This document shows positions 46,748 to 56,848 of a DNA stretch of 64,000 nt, piece by piece. Every line of letters starts with the position of its first letter. Within the stretch, counting starts at the first letter, position 1. Origin of the DNA: an uncultured Gemmatimonadota bacterium (GTDB taxonomy: Bacteria > Gemmatimonadota > Gemmatimonadetes > Palauibacterales > Palauibacteraceae); the NCBI GenBank assembly GCA_964499635.1, contig CAZCLY010000011.1, positions 97,424 to 161,423 of the forward strand, written 5' to 3'. The notes beneath the pieces are model-generated. The model searched no databases, was not told where the DNA came from, and was given only the letters and a program-made list of their open reading frames with translations. Position numbers and translations under genes: made by a program.

Positions 46748-47194
46748 GTGTCCACTCGCTCCGACGCCCGTATCGAGACGATCTGGCTCAAGACCGGTCG
46801 ACGCGGGCCCATGCAGCGCGTTCCAGAAGCCACGTTGATCGAGGGTGTCGGGCTGGACGGAAACGCGGAGCGGGGCGGCCGCCGGCAGGTCACCCTGCTC
46901 GACGCGGACGCATGGGAACGCGCCACCGGGGAGCTCGGGATCCCGGTCGACCCGTCCGCACGGCGCGCCAACTTCCTCGTGCGCGGGATCGACCTGGCCC
47001 ACAGCGTGGATCAGGTCCTGCGGCTCGGGTCCTGCACGGTGCGGATCCGCGGTGAGACCCGCCCCTGCGGGCGTATGGACGAGGCGGCCATGGGTCTGCG
47101 CGAGCGGCTGGAGCCTGAATGGCGGGGCGGCGTGTACGCCACCGTCGTCGAAGGGGGCCCGATCGTGGTCGGGGATCCTGTCGCCTGGGTGTGA
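46748..47194 (+). CDS. MOSC domain protein
   Basis: GLDGN, RQVTL, RRAN, TRPC..MD and RGGVYA.V..GG.I.VGD. Confidence 0.9.
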   Translation: MSTRSDARIETIWLKTGRRGPMQRVPEATLIEGVGLDGNAERGGRRQVTLLDADAWERATGELGIPVDPSARRANFLVRGIDLAHSVDQVLRLGSCTVRIRGETRPCGRMDEAAMGLRERLEPEWRGGVYATVVEGGPIVVGDPVAWV

Positions 47195-47286
47195 GCCACG
47201 GCGGGTGTGCGCTCCCCGGGGTCCATGTCGCGCCGGAGGTCACGAGGCACCCGCCCGCGCCAGCGCGAAGGCGTGAGCGTGGACGC

Positions 47287-47892
47287 ATGACCGGCAGGTG
47301 GCGACAGTGGTTCCGGGTCCGGGCGCGGTGGCCCGACGTATGGCGTGGCGTGGCGGCCCGGACCGGCGGGCGCGTGATCGAGCGCAGGCTCCAGCCACCC
47401 CTGCTCGAGCTCCGGCATGGTCCCTGGGTAACCCTGGCGGACACCGCCAGCGATCCGACGGGTTCGGGCACGACGTTCACCAGGCTGCGGACGCCGTACC
47501 GGGTGGCGATCCCGTTTCGCATGCGCATCCGGAAGCGCGGTCCGTTCGGGGGTCGGATCCCATGGGTGGGTTCGAGGCTGGTTCGGATCGGGCGCTCCGA
47601 GTTCGATCGGCGGTTCAGCGTCGTGGCAAGCAGCCGGGGTGTGGCGCGCAGCCTGCTCCTCGGGACGCCGCTCGAGGAGTGGCTGCTGGCGGGGCCGGAA
47701 GTGAGGATCGATCTGCGGCCGCCGGATCGGCGGCGGCGACGAGCTCTGGGTCCGGGGATCTTCGAGGCCGTGGTCCGGTTCCCGCGCGTCCTGTGGCGGG
47801 AAGAGGACCTGCTGCGCGGGTTCGAGCTCGCGTGGCGGGTGGTCGAGGAGCTGGAGCGGGTCGGGGTCGCGAAGCCGGCGGCCGGGTCATGA
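47287..47892 (+). CDS. Hypothetical protein
   Basis: Fills the gap on the same strand; TRLR.PY, IG..EFD..F.V; start uncertain. Confidence 0.6.
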   Translation: MTGRWRQWFRVRARWPDVWRGVAARTGGRVIERRLQPPLLELRHGPWVTLADTASDPTGSGTTFTRLRTPYRVAIPFRMRIRKRGPFGGRIPWVGSRLVRIGRSEFDRRFSVVASSRGVARSLLLGTPLEEWLLAGPEVRIDLRPPDRRRRRALGPGIFEAVVRFPRVLWREEDLLRGFELAWRVVEELERVGVAKPAAGS

Positions 47893-47911
47893 CCAGGTCC
47901 GGGGGGTGCCG

Positions 47912-48874
47912 ATGAAGGCCGTATGGATCGCCGCCGGCGCGCTGACAGCGGCCGTCGCGCTGGCGGGCTGCGAAGCGCCCGAGCGGCAGGGCATGAGCCC
48001 ACCGCATCGGGCCGGGACGCTTCCGGTCGAGGGGGCCGATCTATACTACCAGATCGTCGGCACCGGGCGTCCGCTCGTCGTGGTGCACGGCGGTCCGGGG
48101 CTCGACCACGGGTATCTCATGCCGTGGCTGGAGCCGCTGGCCGAGACGTTCGAGCTCGTGCTGTACGATCAGCGCGGCCTGGGTGGCTCGACCGGAGCGC
48201 TCGACACGACGAGCATCTCCATGACCCGCTATCTGGACGACCTCGATGCGGTCCGCGAGCGGCTCGTCCAACGGGGCCGGGTCACGCTCCTGGCGCATTC
48301 ATGGGGCACGCTGCCGGCCCTGCTGTACGCCCTCCGCTGGCCACAGCGGGTGGACGGGCTCATCCTCGTGAGCCCCGTCGAGCCCGGCCAGCGGTTCGCG
48401 CAGGAGACCGCGGCGAACGACCGGGCGGCCCGAAGCCTCGAGGATCAGGCGGCCATCGACTCACTCCTGGCGACACCCGCGTTCCAAGCCGGTGACCGGC
48501 AGGCCGTGAGTCGCGTGTTCTTCCACGCGTTCCGCGCGACGTTCGCCGATCCTTCGCTGGCCGACAGCGTGTTCACTGTCGAGCTCGGCGAGCGCACCGC
48601 GCGTCAGGGTCGCATCGTCGCCCGGCTCCTGATGACGCCGCTCGTCGGACTCGACCTGTGGGATGCGCTTCCCACGCTCGACGTCCCGATCCTCCTCATC
48701 CACGGGAGCGCCGATCCCACGCCGGTCCAGATGGTGCGAGAGCTCGCTGCGGCGCTCCCCGACGCGCGCGTGGTCGAGATCGAGGGGGCCGGACACCTCC
48801 CCTTCGTCGAGAAGCCCGGGGAGTTCTTCGGGGCCGTGGGCGAGTTCGTGGCGGAGATCGACGCCCGGCGGTGA
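47912..48874 (+). CDS. Alpha/beta hydrolase, proline iminopeptidase-like lipoprotein
   Basis: LAGC lipobox; HGGPG, YDQRG, AHSWG and AGHLPFVE. Confidence 0.9.
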   Translation: MKAVWIAAGALTAAVALAGCEAPERQGMSPPHRAGTLPVEGADLYYQIVGTGRPLVVVHGGPGLDHGYLMPWLEPLAETFELVLYDQRGLGGSTGALDTTSISMTRYLDDLDAVRERLVQRGRVTLLAHSWGTLPALLYALRWPQRVDGLILVSPVEPGQRFAQETAANDRAARSLEDQAAIDSLLATPAFQAGDRQAVSRVFFHAFRATFADPSLADSVFTVELGERTARQGRIVARLLMTPLVGLDLWDALPTLDVPILLIHGSADPTPVQMVRELAAALPDARVVEIEGAGHLPFVEKPGEFFGAVGEFVAEIDARR

Positions 48875-48890
48875 GCGGGTCGGTGGCGCC

Positions 48891-49538
48891 GTGAACCCGC
48901 GGGCGCTGGACGACGCGCTCGAGACGATCAACCGGGCACGTGCCCGGGAGCCGGGAGATCCGGCCCGGAGCGCCGATCTGCTGTCGGGCCTCGAGGCCGT
49001 GCTGGCGGCCGAGCACGCGTCCGCGGGCGACCGCGAGCCTGGGGGGGGCGAGGCGCTCGTCGAGCTCGACGCCATCCTGCGGGAGACCGGGATCGAGGAG
49101 GGCGCCGAGAGCCTCAGGACCTACATCGAGCCCATCCTCGAGCGTCTCATCGATGCGCTCCTCGATCGCCCCGCCGAGAGACTGGCGGCATACGGGTCCC
49201 TGCGGCCGGGCGAGGAGAACCACGATCAGGTGGCGCGGCTGGTGGGACGCTGGGTCGATGGGACCGTACGGGGCACCCGGCACGAGCGGGGGTGGGGGGC
49301 GGCCCGCGGCTATCCGGGTATCGTGTGGCAGCCGGGCGGAGGCGATGTGCCCGTGCAGGTGTTCGAGAGCCGCGCGCTCCCGGAGCACTGGGAGCGGCTG
49401 GACGAGTTCGAGGGGCCCGCGTACGAGCGCATCCTCGTCCCCGTCGTCACGACGTCCGGGGTAGTCGTCTGCAACCTGTACGCGGTGCGGGAGCCGCCGG
49501 ATGGCGAAGACGAAGCCTCCCGCCCCGTCGAGTCCTAG
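48891..49538 (+). CDS. Gamma-glutamylcyclotransferase (AIG2-like) with N-terminal helical extension
   Basis: AYGSLRPGEENH, GYPG and LDEFEG..YER. Confidence 0.85.
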   Translation: MNPRALDDALETINRARAREPGDPARSADLLSGLEAVLAAEHASAGDREPGGGEALVELDAILRETGIEEGAESLRTYIEPILERLIDALLDRPAERLAAYGSLRPGEENHDQVARLVGRWVDGTVRGTRHERGWGAARGYPGIVWQPGGGDVPVQVFESRALPEHWERLDEFEGPAYERILVPVVTTSGVVVCNLYAVREPPDGEDEASRPVES

Positions 49539-50380
49539 CCGGCCGCCTTCACCTCGTCCCAAAGGGGGTCGAGCGCCTCCAGCCCGGCCGTCCGCCAGTC
49601 GATCCCACGCTCCTCGGCCAGGCGGAGCATCGCCCGTGAGCGTCGCTCGAATTTGTCGATCGCGGCCAGCAGGGCGTTCGCGGGGTGGGCCCCGGCCAAC
49701 CGGGCCGCGTTCACGGCGGCGAACAGCAGATCGCCGACCTCTTCCTCGACCGCGGCGTCCGCCTCCCCGATGCGCGCCGCGGCGACCGGAGCGACCCGCT
49801 CGAGCTCGGCGGCTTCCTCGCGCACCTTGCCGAGCGGTCCGTCGAGATCGGGCCAATCGAACCCGAACGCCGCCATGCGCTCCTGCACGCGGGCCGCCCG
49901 GCTGAGCGGGTCGAGCCCGGCCGACACCCCGGCGAACGGGTCCTCGATCTCCCCCCGCGGCGCTTTCGTGCCCACGCGATTCGTCCGCTCGGCCGCCTTG
50001 AGCTCTTCCCAGTCGGGCGGCGCCTCGGCGTCGCCGTACACGTGCGGGTGGCGCGCCTCCATCTTGCTCTCGAGCGCCACCATCACGTCCTCGGCCCGGA
50101 AGCTCTCGCGCTCCTCGGCGAGGACGATCTGGAAGGCCACGTTCAGCAGCAGGTCGCCCAGCTCGGTCGCGAGCGCGGGGTCGTCGCCGGACTCGATCGC
50201 GTCTGCAACTTCGTGTGCCTCTTCGAGTAGATAGGGTCGCAGGGTACGGGGGGTCTGCCGTGCGTCCCAGGGGCAGCGCTCGCGCAGGAAGCGCACGAGC
50301 GCCAGGCCCCTGCCCAGGGAGGCGTCTCCCGGGTCGGCGGCGATGACGTGCCGTGGCGAGGTCTCGGCGGGGTCGTTCAC
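49535..50380 (-). CDS. mazG: Nucleoside triphosphate pyrophosphohydrolase MazG
   Basis: LR..CPWD..QT, LEEA.E, ELGDLL, RHPHV, GFDW and EEEVGDLLF. Confidence 0.93.
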   Translation of the reverse strand: MNDPAETSPRHVIAADPGDASLGRGLALVRFLRERCPWDARQTPRTLRPYLLEEAHEVADAIESGDDPALATELGDLLLNVAFQIVLAEERESFRAEDVMVALESKMEARHPHVYGDAEAPPDWEELKAAERTNRVGTKAPRGEIEDPFAGVSAGLDPLSRAARVQERMAAFGFDWPDLDGPLGKVREEAAELERVAPVAAARIGEADAAVEEEVGDLLFAAVNAARLAGAHPANALLAAIDKFERRSRAMLRLAEERGIDWRTAGLEALDPLWDEVKAAG

Positions 50381-50528
50381 ATCCTGCTCCGGCTGAATGG
50401 CGCCGGGAACGTATCCGTCGTAGGCTGGCATCTCCAGACAGGCCGGGCCCGGTGGCCCGCCGCCCGGGGAGCGCGGGCTCCCGGCCGGCAGCGGCCACGC
50501 GTGTCCATGACGAGGCGATCGGGGAGTC

Positions 50529-51722
50529 GTGATCGGGGAGCGGACGGCAACCACCAGGGCGTGGCTCGAGGTCGACCTCGACGCCATCGCCCGCAACGCG
50601 ACGCGGCTCACCCGCGCCGTGCGTCCGGCTCGCATGATCCCCATGGTCAAGGCCGATGCGTACGGTCTTGGCGCGGTCGAGGTCGCGCGGGCACTCAAGC
50701 CCTTCGACCCCTACGCGTTCGGCGTCGCGACGCTGGAGGAGGGGATCGCCCTCCGCACGGCGGGGGTCGAGGGCCGCATCATCGTGTTCTCGCCCTGCGG
50801 GGCCACCGATGGCCCCGGTCTCATCGAGCACGGGCTCGACACCTCGGTCCTCGGGCTGGACGGTCTCGAGCGGCTCACGGCGACCGCGGCCGCGCAGGGC
50901 GGGCGTCTGGGGCTACACCTCGAGATCGATACGGGGATCGGCCGGGCCGGCCTCCCGGCGAGCGAGTGCGCCGAGTGGGCGCCACGGGTGGCACAGCTGG
51001 TGGAGGCGGGTGGCCGCCTCGAGACGCTGTACTCGCACTTCCACTCGTCGGGGACGGATGAGCTCGCGACCCGGCATCAGCTCGAGCAGTTCGAGTTCGC
51101 GAGCCGGCGGCTCGACGCGGAGGGGATCCGGGCGCCGCTGCGCCACATCGCCAACAGCGATGCGTTGATCCGGGATCGGCGGTATCATCTGGACCTCGTG
51201 CGCCCGGGCCTCTACCTGTACGGCGGTTTGCGCGGGCGAAGCTCGTCGAGACTGGTGACCGACGCCGATCCGGTGGCTCGCGCATGTGCACGGGTGCTCG
51301 AGGTCCGCCGGCTGTCCCCCGGGTCCACGGTCAGCTACGGGGCGCGGTACGTGACCCCACGCTCCGAACGGGTGGCGACCGTCGCGATCGGCTACGCGGA
51401 CGGTTTCCCCTGGCGGCTCTCGAACCAGGCGGAGGTGTTGGTGAGGGGGCATCGGACCCCCCTGCGTGGCGCCGTGTGCATGGATGTGATCGTGATAGAC
51501 GTTTCACGGGTGTCGGGTGTCGAAGCCGGTGGTGTCGTCACGGTGCTTGGCGAGGACGAGGGGGAGGAGATCACGCTGAACGAGCTGGCCCGTCTGGACG
51601 GGACGATCGAATACGAGATCCTGACCGGTCTCGGTCGCGCCCTGCCGCGGGTGTATCGCCGCGACGCCGAGCGGCTGGAGCCGGAGCTGGCGATGAGCGA
51701 GGCGCATGTCCGGGACGGATAG
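50529..51722 (+). CDS. alr: Alanine racemase
   Basis: MVKADAYGLG, H.EIDTG..R.G, HIANS, VRPG, GYADG, VCMD and TIEYEIL. Confidence 0.96.
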   Translation: MIGERTATTRAWLEVDLDAIARNATRLTRAVRPARMIPMVKADAYGLGAVEVARALKPFDPYAFGVATLEEGIALRTAGVEGRIIVFSPCGATDGPGLIEHGLDTSVLGLDGLERLTATAAAQGGRLGLHLEIDTGIGRAGLPASECAEWAPRVAQLVEAGGRLETLYSHFHSSGTDELATRHQLEQFEFASRRLDAEGIRAPLRHIANSDALIRDRRYHLDLVRPGLYLYGGLRGRSSSRLVTDADPVARACARVLEVRRLSPGSTVSYGARYVTPRSERVATVAIGYADGFPWRLSNQAEVLVRGHRTPLRGAVCMDVIVIDVSRVSGVEAGGVVTVLGEDEGEEITLNELARLDGTIEYEILTGLGRALPRVYRRDAERLEPELAMSEAHVRDG

Positions 51723-52158
51723 AACGGACGGTTCTTCCACCGAGGAGGTCCTCATCGAGCGGGCCCGGGGGGCGATGCGCCTGGCGTACGCGCCGTACTC
51801 ACGCTTTCCGGTCGGGGCGGCGCTGGAGGCTGACGACGGGCGGATCTTCGTCGGGTGCAATGTCGAGAACGCCTCCTTTCCGGTCGGCATGTGCGCCGAG
51901 CGCGTCGCCGTCGGCCGTGCCGTCGTGTCCGGTGCCCGCGGGTTCCGGCGCCTCGCGGTGGCATCGATGGGGGAGCGGCCGGCGTCTCCATGCGGAATGT
52001 GCCGCCAGGCGCTGTCGGAGTTCGGCATCGATCTCCAGGTGATCAGCGTCAACGAGACGGGGGAGCGGCGCGCGTGGACCCTCGAGGAGCTCCTCCCGTC
52101 CAGCTTCCGACGCGCGGACGTGGATCCGCCACGGCTTCCCCCCCAGGGAGCGGCGTGA
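51706..52158 (+). CDS. cdd: Cytidine deaminase
   Basis: AYAPYSRFPVGAA, GCNVENAS, CAE and PCGMCRQ. Confidence 0.96.
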   Translation: MSGTDRTDGSSTEEVLIERARGAMRLAYAPYSRFPVGAALEADDGRIFVGCNVENASFPVGMCAERVAVGRAVVSGARGFRRLAVASMGERPASPCGMCRQALSEFGIDLQVISVNETGERRAWTLEELLPSSFRRADVDPPRLPPQGAA

Positions 52159-53414
52159 TGCCCGCTGCCATTTCCGGTGTGCGGGTCGCGGGGCCGATCG
52201 TGTCGGCCCTCGCGGCCGCCGCGCTGATCCTCGGCTGCACCGAACACCCGCTGGCCCCGCCGAGCGAGAGCGCACCGGGGGTCTCGAGCGAGACCCGCGA
52301 CGTATCGCTCGACGTGATCGAGCTCTCCACGTGGCGCGACACGACGTTCACCGGGTTCTCACTCCCCACCGACGCCTCGTTCACCATCGTCGCGGAGGTG
52401 CCGACCCTGCGGGCGCGCACGTTGGGTCGACTGAACGTGCCGGATACCGTGAAGACGTTCGCGGACACGCTCCGCGCGGAGAGCTACGACAGCCTTCTCG
52501 TGCGGGTCACACTCGATGCGACGCGCTCGGAGTACACCGACTTCCCGGTCACGGTGCGGCTCGTGTCGTTGACGCGGGCGTTCTCGCTCGACTCGGTGAG
52601 CTGGACCGAGGCACGGCCCGGCGTCCCGTGGGCCACCCCCGGAGGGGACCTCGGCCCGGTCATCGGCTCGGCGGACATCGCCGAGGCGACCGACAGCCTG
52701 GTCATCGAGCCCTCGGTGTCCGCCGATTCGCTGCTCAAGGCGTGGCGCGCCGAGGACGGCGGGAACGGGTTCGCGCTGCTGGTCGAGGGTCCCGAAGCCC
52801 GGATCCAGATCCGGGCGGTCCGCTTCGCATACAGTGCGACCCTCGAAGGCCGCACGACCCCGGTCGCCCAGACTCAGCTCGTACAGGATCGGACGTTCAC
52901 CACCGATCCGCCGCTCCCGGCCACGGGAACCGCACTCCGGGTGGGTGGGCTGCCCTCGTCACGTCTCTATCTGGAGTTCCTCACGCCCGATACGATCGAG
53001 GGCGTCCCTCTGGCAGGCGCGACGATCAACTACGCCGAGCTCGTGCTGCGGCCGCTCGGGCCACCGCCGGGGCCGTTCGCGCTCGAGCGGACCCTTACGG
53101 CCAGACAGCTCAGCCTGCTGGCGGACCCGTTCGAGTTCGGGCCCAAGACGCCGGTCGGCGCCGCGCCCCTCTCCTTCGCGTCACTCGATCCGGACTCGCT
53201 CTCGGCCGGCAAGCCCATCCGGCTGAACGTGACCACGCAGATATCGGCGGCGGTGCATGGTTCGTCCGGGCGGATCCGGCTCGGGCTACGCCCGGAGCCC
53301 GACGCTCAGACGCTGGGGTTCTGGGAGTTCGGCTCCGCCGAGGACGTCGCCGCCCTGCGGCCGAGGATTCGCATCATCCTGACTCCACCGGCGCAGTTCG
53401 AGTCGCCGCCATGA
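52158..53414 (+). CDS. Hypothetical beta-rich lipoprotein
   Basis: LILGC lipobox; W...GGD motif; overlaps both neighbours. Confidence 0.75.
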   Translation: MPAAISGVRVAGPIVSALAAAALILGCTEHPLAPPSESAPGVSSETRDVSLDVIELSTWRDTTFTGFSLPTDASFTIVAEVPTLRARTLGRLNVPDTVKTFADTLRAESYDSLLVRVTLDATRSEYTDFPVTVRLVSLTRAFSLDSVSWTEARPGVPWATPGGDLGPVIGSADIAEATDSLVIEPSVSADSLLKAWRAEDGGNGFALLVEGPEARIQIRAVRFAYSATLEGRTTPVAQTQLVQDRTFTTDPPLPATGTALRVGGLPSSRLYLEFLTPDTIEGVPLAGATINYAELVLRPLGPPPGPFALERTLTARQLSLLADPFEFGPKTPVGAAPLSFASLDPDSLSAGKPIRLNVTTQISAAVHGSSGRIRLGLRPEPDAQTLGFWEFGSAEDVAALRPRIRIILTPPAQFESPP

Positions 53415-54586
53415 TCCCGTTCCCGCGCGCCCCGCTCCGTTCCATCCTCTCTGGCCTCGTCGTGGCGCTGACGGCCGCGCCCGCAGTCGGGCAGACGCCC
53501 ATCACGGCCATCGGGCTCGGGTATCCCGTGGCTCCCGCGGACGGACGCGCCGCGGCCCTCGGCGGCACGGGCATCGGGCTGCTGGGGGGAAGCTTCAGCC
53601 TCGCGAGCCCCGCCGATCTCACCCAGCACACCACGCCGGGCTTCGGACTCGCGTTCTCGGGCGAGAGCGTGACCCTCCGCGGAGCGTCGGAGTCGCTCGA
53701 CACGGGCCGCGAGCGGTTCACGGTCGTGCGGGCCGTGGCGCCCTTCGGCGATTGGGCGCTGGCCGTCGCGTTCGGCGGCGACTTCGACCAGGACTGGAGC
53801 GCCCGGTTCGTCGACACGCTGGCCCTCGGCGACGGGACCACGGTCCCCTTCGAGGAGGCGCGCGAGCACGATGGCGGTATCTCGCGAATCGACGCTTCGG
53901 TGGCCCGCCGAATCGGCCCCCTCTCGCTCGGCGTGTCGGCCCAACGGCTCACCGGATCGTTGCGCCAGACCTTCACGCGGCGGTTCGGCGATTCGAACGA
54001 TGGCGGTCCACCGCTCGCCACGGCGGGCGGCTCGCAGCGACTCACGTATCGGGCGTGGCGCATCCGGGCCGGTGCGTCGCTCGCTGTGGGCGACCGCGTC
54101 CTCATCTCCGGAGTGGCCTCGAAGGGGGGAGATCTGACGATCGATCCCGATACCGACGCGAGCGTCGAATCCTCGCTCCCGCTCCCCACGACGATCGAGG
54201 TCGGCGCCAGCGTCCGCGTGACCTCGCGCCTCCTCCTGGCGGCATCCGGGGGCTGGGCGGACTGGTCCCGGCTCGGCGACGTGGGCGACGCCACATCGCA
54301 CGACGTCACGTGGATGGGCGCGGGGCTCGAGTTCGAGGGCCTGCGCATCCTGGGAGGTGACCTGCCGCTCCGCGTGGGCGCCCGTCGGGCCGAGCTCCCG
54401 TTCAGCACGGGAGACTCGGCGCTGGACGAGACCGCCATCACCGGCGGGTTCGGCTGGCTGTTCCGGGGCGGGACGGCCGGTCTCCACGTAGGGCTGGAGT
54501 TCGGCTCGCGCGGGAACTTCGCCACGGACGGTCTCGAGGAGTCCTTCCGGCGGGCGACGATCTCCTTCGAGCTACGCCAGCGTTGA
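53411..54586 (+). CDS. Outer-membrane beta-barrel protein (FadL/PorV-like)
   Basis: Signal peptide; GLG....DGR..ALGG.G..., SPA N-terminal motif; alternating amphipathic strands. Confidence 0.7.
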   Translation: MIPFPRAPLRSILSGLVVALTAAPAVGQTPITAIGLGYPVAPADGRAAALGGTGIGLLGGSFSLASPADLTQHTTPGFGLAFSGESVTLRGASESLDTGRERFTVVRAVAPFGDWALAVAFGGDFDQDWSARFVDTLALGDGTTVPFEEAREHDGGISRIDASVARRIGPLSLGVSAQRLTGSLRQTFTRRFGDSNDGGPPLATAGGSQRLTYRAWRIRAGASLAVGDRVLISGVASKGGDLTIDPDTDASVESSLPLPTTIEVGASVRVTSRLLLAASGGWADWSRLGDVGDATSHDVTWMGAGLEFEGLRILGGDLPLRVGARRAELPFSTGDSALDETAITGGFGWLFRGGTAGLHVGLEFGSRGNFATDGLEESFRRATISFELRQR

Positions 54587-54653
54587 GCGGGTCGCCGGGG
54601 CCCTCGTCCCGATCCGCGTGCATCCGGGGAGGACGGGTGTCCACGGCCCGAGG

Positions 54654-55418
54654 TCAGTCGGCCGCCGCGGCCGCGCCGGCCCCGGCCCCCGTCACCCGTT
54701 CCCACGCGAGCCGCATCCGCTCCGCGAAACGCTCCGGACGCGTGATGGGCCAGTCGTGGCCGTCGGGCAGCTCCTCGATCGTGACCCCGGCGTGTCCGCA
54801 CGCGGTGAAGTACCGGTCGTATTCCGCCGTTCGGTACATCTCGTCGCGGGCGCACAGGTACACCACCGCGTGCCTCGACTCGAGGGGGAGCTCGCCGGAC
54901 GGGCGCTTGAGCGCGCGGACGGCGGGGAACAGGGCGCCCGGCCGGGTGACGGCGGTCGACACGTAGTCGACCATGATGCGGCCCGCGTACGTCACCCCGA
55001 TCCGGCCCTCGAGCCCCAGGTACTCGCGAGCCTGCAGCCACACGGCGCGCGCGACGGTGCGCCACAACGGGAGCTCGACCGGAACCGAAGGGGCGCAGGC
55101 GATCGCCGCCCCGGGTCGCAGGAGCGCCACCAGCGCCCCGAAGGAATGGCCGCACCACACGGCATCGGGGGCGAGATCGTCCGCGATGTCCCCGAGCAGC
55201 GCGAGGTACTCGGAGGGCTCGGCCGGAAGCCGGGTGTGGGTGGCGAACGACAGGTCGGGGACCACGATCCGGAAGTCGCGCGACAGGCGCTCGAGGCCTC
55301 GTCCATAGTATCGCGGGTGGCAGCCGAGACCCGGCACGAAGACTAGCGTCTTCTTGGACGAGCCCCAAGTTTCCACCGGCACTTCGAAGCCCCGCGCCTC
55401 GTAGCGTTCAAGGTGCAC
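54654..55418 (-). CDS. Divergent alpha/beta hydrolase
   Basis: VFVPGLG, VVPDL, GHSFG and GHDW. Confidence 0.75.
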   Translation of the reverse strand: MHLERYEARGFEVPVETWGSSKKTLVFVPGLGCHPRYYGRGLERLSRDFRIVVPDLSFATHTRLPAEPSEYLALLGDIADDLAPDAVWCGHSFGALVALLRPGAAIACAPSVPVELPLWRTVARAVWLQAREYLGLEGRIGVTYAGRIMVDYVSTAVTRPGALFPAVRALKRPSGELPLESRHAVVYLCARDEMYRTAEYDRYFTACGHAGVTIEELPDGHDWPITRPERFAERMRLAWERVTGAGAGAAAAAD

Positions 55419-55438
55419 GCCCGATCCTACCGGATGGG

Positions 55439-56848
55439 GTGAAACGCAGCAACGGATGGGTGATGACGAGCGGATTGGTGCAGCTCGGGAGCGGTCGTGC
55501 GGCCGGCGGTTCGCCGGCTCCTCGTCCCCGTCCGTTCGGTCGCCGTCTGTATATCGAGACGTACGGCTGTCAGATGAACATCAACGACACCGAGCTCGTC
55601 GAGGGGCTGCTCGCGGAGCGGGGCTTCCTGCGCGTGGACGAGGTCGAGAGGGCGGACGTCATCCTCATCAACACGTGCGCGATTCGCGACCACGCCGAGC
55701 GCCGCGTCATGGGACGCATCGGTCAGCTCCAGCGACACCGTCGCGACAATCCCGATCTGGTGCTCGGGGTCACCGGCTGCATGGCGCAGCGGCTAGGTCC
55801 ACGGCTGGTGTCGTCGCACGATGTCGACCTGGTGGCGGGGCCCGACGCGTATCGAGGGCTGGGCGATCTGATCGAGGGCATCCAGGAGAACGCGATCGAG
55901 CGCGGACAGACCCTCCTCGAGCTCGACGCCGCCGAGCACTACGAGGGGGTCGAGTCGGTGCGCGCCGGGGGCGTGAGTGCCTGGATCACCGTGCAGCGCG
56001 GCTGCGATCACCGCTGCACGTTCTGCATCGTCCCGTACGTGCGCGGCCCGGAGAAGAACCGCGATCCGGACGCGATCCTCGACGAGGCGCGCCGGGCGGT
56101 CGACGACGGCTTCACCGAGGTGGTCCTGCTCGGCCAGACGGTGAACTCGTATCGGCACGGAGAGTGGGACTTCCCGCGTCTCCTCGAGGCCGTGGGTCGG
56201 GTAGACGGGATCCGCAGGGTGCGCTTCACTTCGCCGCATCCCAACGATGTGAGCGAGCGGATGCTCCGGGTGATGGCCGAGGAGCCCGCCGTGTGCCGGC
56301 AGCTCCATCTGCCGGTGCAGTCCGGGGCGGACCGCGTGCTCAGGCGCATGGTGCGTCGCTATACGGCGGCCGAGTTCCTCGACAAGGTCGATGAGGCCCG
56401 GCGGATCGTCCCCGACCTGGCCCTATCGACGGACGTGATCGTGGCGTTCCCCGGCGAAACGGAGGCGGAGTTCGAGGCCACGCTCGACCTCGTGCGGGGG
56501 GTGCGCTTCGATGACGCCTATCTGTACCGGTTTTCTCCGCGCGAGGGGACCCCCGCCACGCGGTTGCCGGAAGGCGACTCGCTCCCGGAGTCGGTGGCCT
56601 CGGCCCGTCTCGAGCGCCTCATCGACGTCCAGCGCGAGATTCAACGCGACATCAACGAGTCCGAGGTGGGTCGGACGTGCGAGGTGCTGATCGAGCGGAG
56701 CGCGCGCTCCGCGGGCGACGTGCTCGGGCGTACCGAGCGGAACAAGATGGTGGTCTTCCCGGGCGACTCCGGCCTGACCGGGGCCTATGTGCGCGTTCGT
56801 CTGACGTCCACGACCGGTGCGACGTTCATGGGGGCCCGGTGCGACTGA
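55439..56848 (+). CDS. miaB: tRNA-2-methylthio-N6-dimethylallyladenosine synthase MiaB
   Basis: ETYGCQMN, NTCAIR, GCMAQ, GCDHRCTFCIVPY, LLGQ.VNSY, HLPVQSG and a TRAM domain; start may be 55463. Confidence 0.96.
   Translation: MKRSNGWVMTSGLVQLGSGRAAGGSPAPRPRPFGRRLYIETYGCQMNINDTELVEGLLAERGFLRVDEVERADVILINTCAIRDHAERRVMGRIGQLQRHRRDNPDLVLGVTGCMAQRLGPRLVSSHDVDLVAGPDAYRGLGDLIEGIQENAIERGQTLLELDAAEHYEGVESVRAGGVSAWITVQRGCDHRCTFCIVPYVRGPEKNRDPDAILDEARRAVDDGFTEVVLLGQTVNSYRHGEWDFPRLLEAVGRVDGIRRVRFTSPHPNDVSERMLRVMAEEPAVCRQLHLPVQSGADRVLRRMVRRYTAAEFLDKVDEARRIVPDLALSTDVIVAFPGETEAEFEATLDLVRGVRFDDAYLYRFSPREGTPATRLPEGDSLPESVASARLERLIDVQREIQRDINESEVGRTCEVLIERSARSAGDVLGRTERNKMVVFPGDSGLTGAYVRVRLTSTTGATFMGARCD

Noticed and set aside
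49535-50380. MazG as an anti-phage or toxin-antitoxin component
   Set aside because: Housekeeping two-domain MazG next to alr; no mazEF or defence genes.
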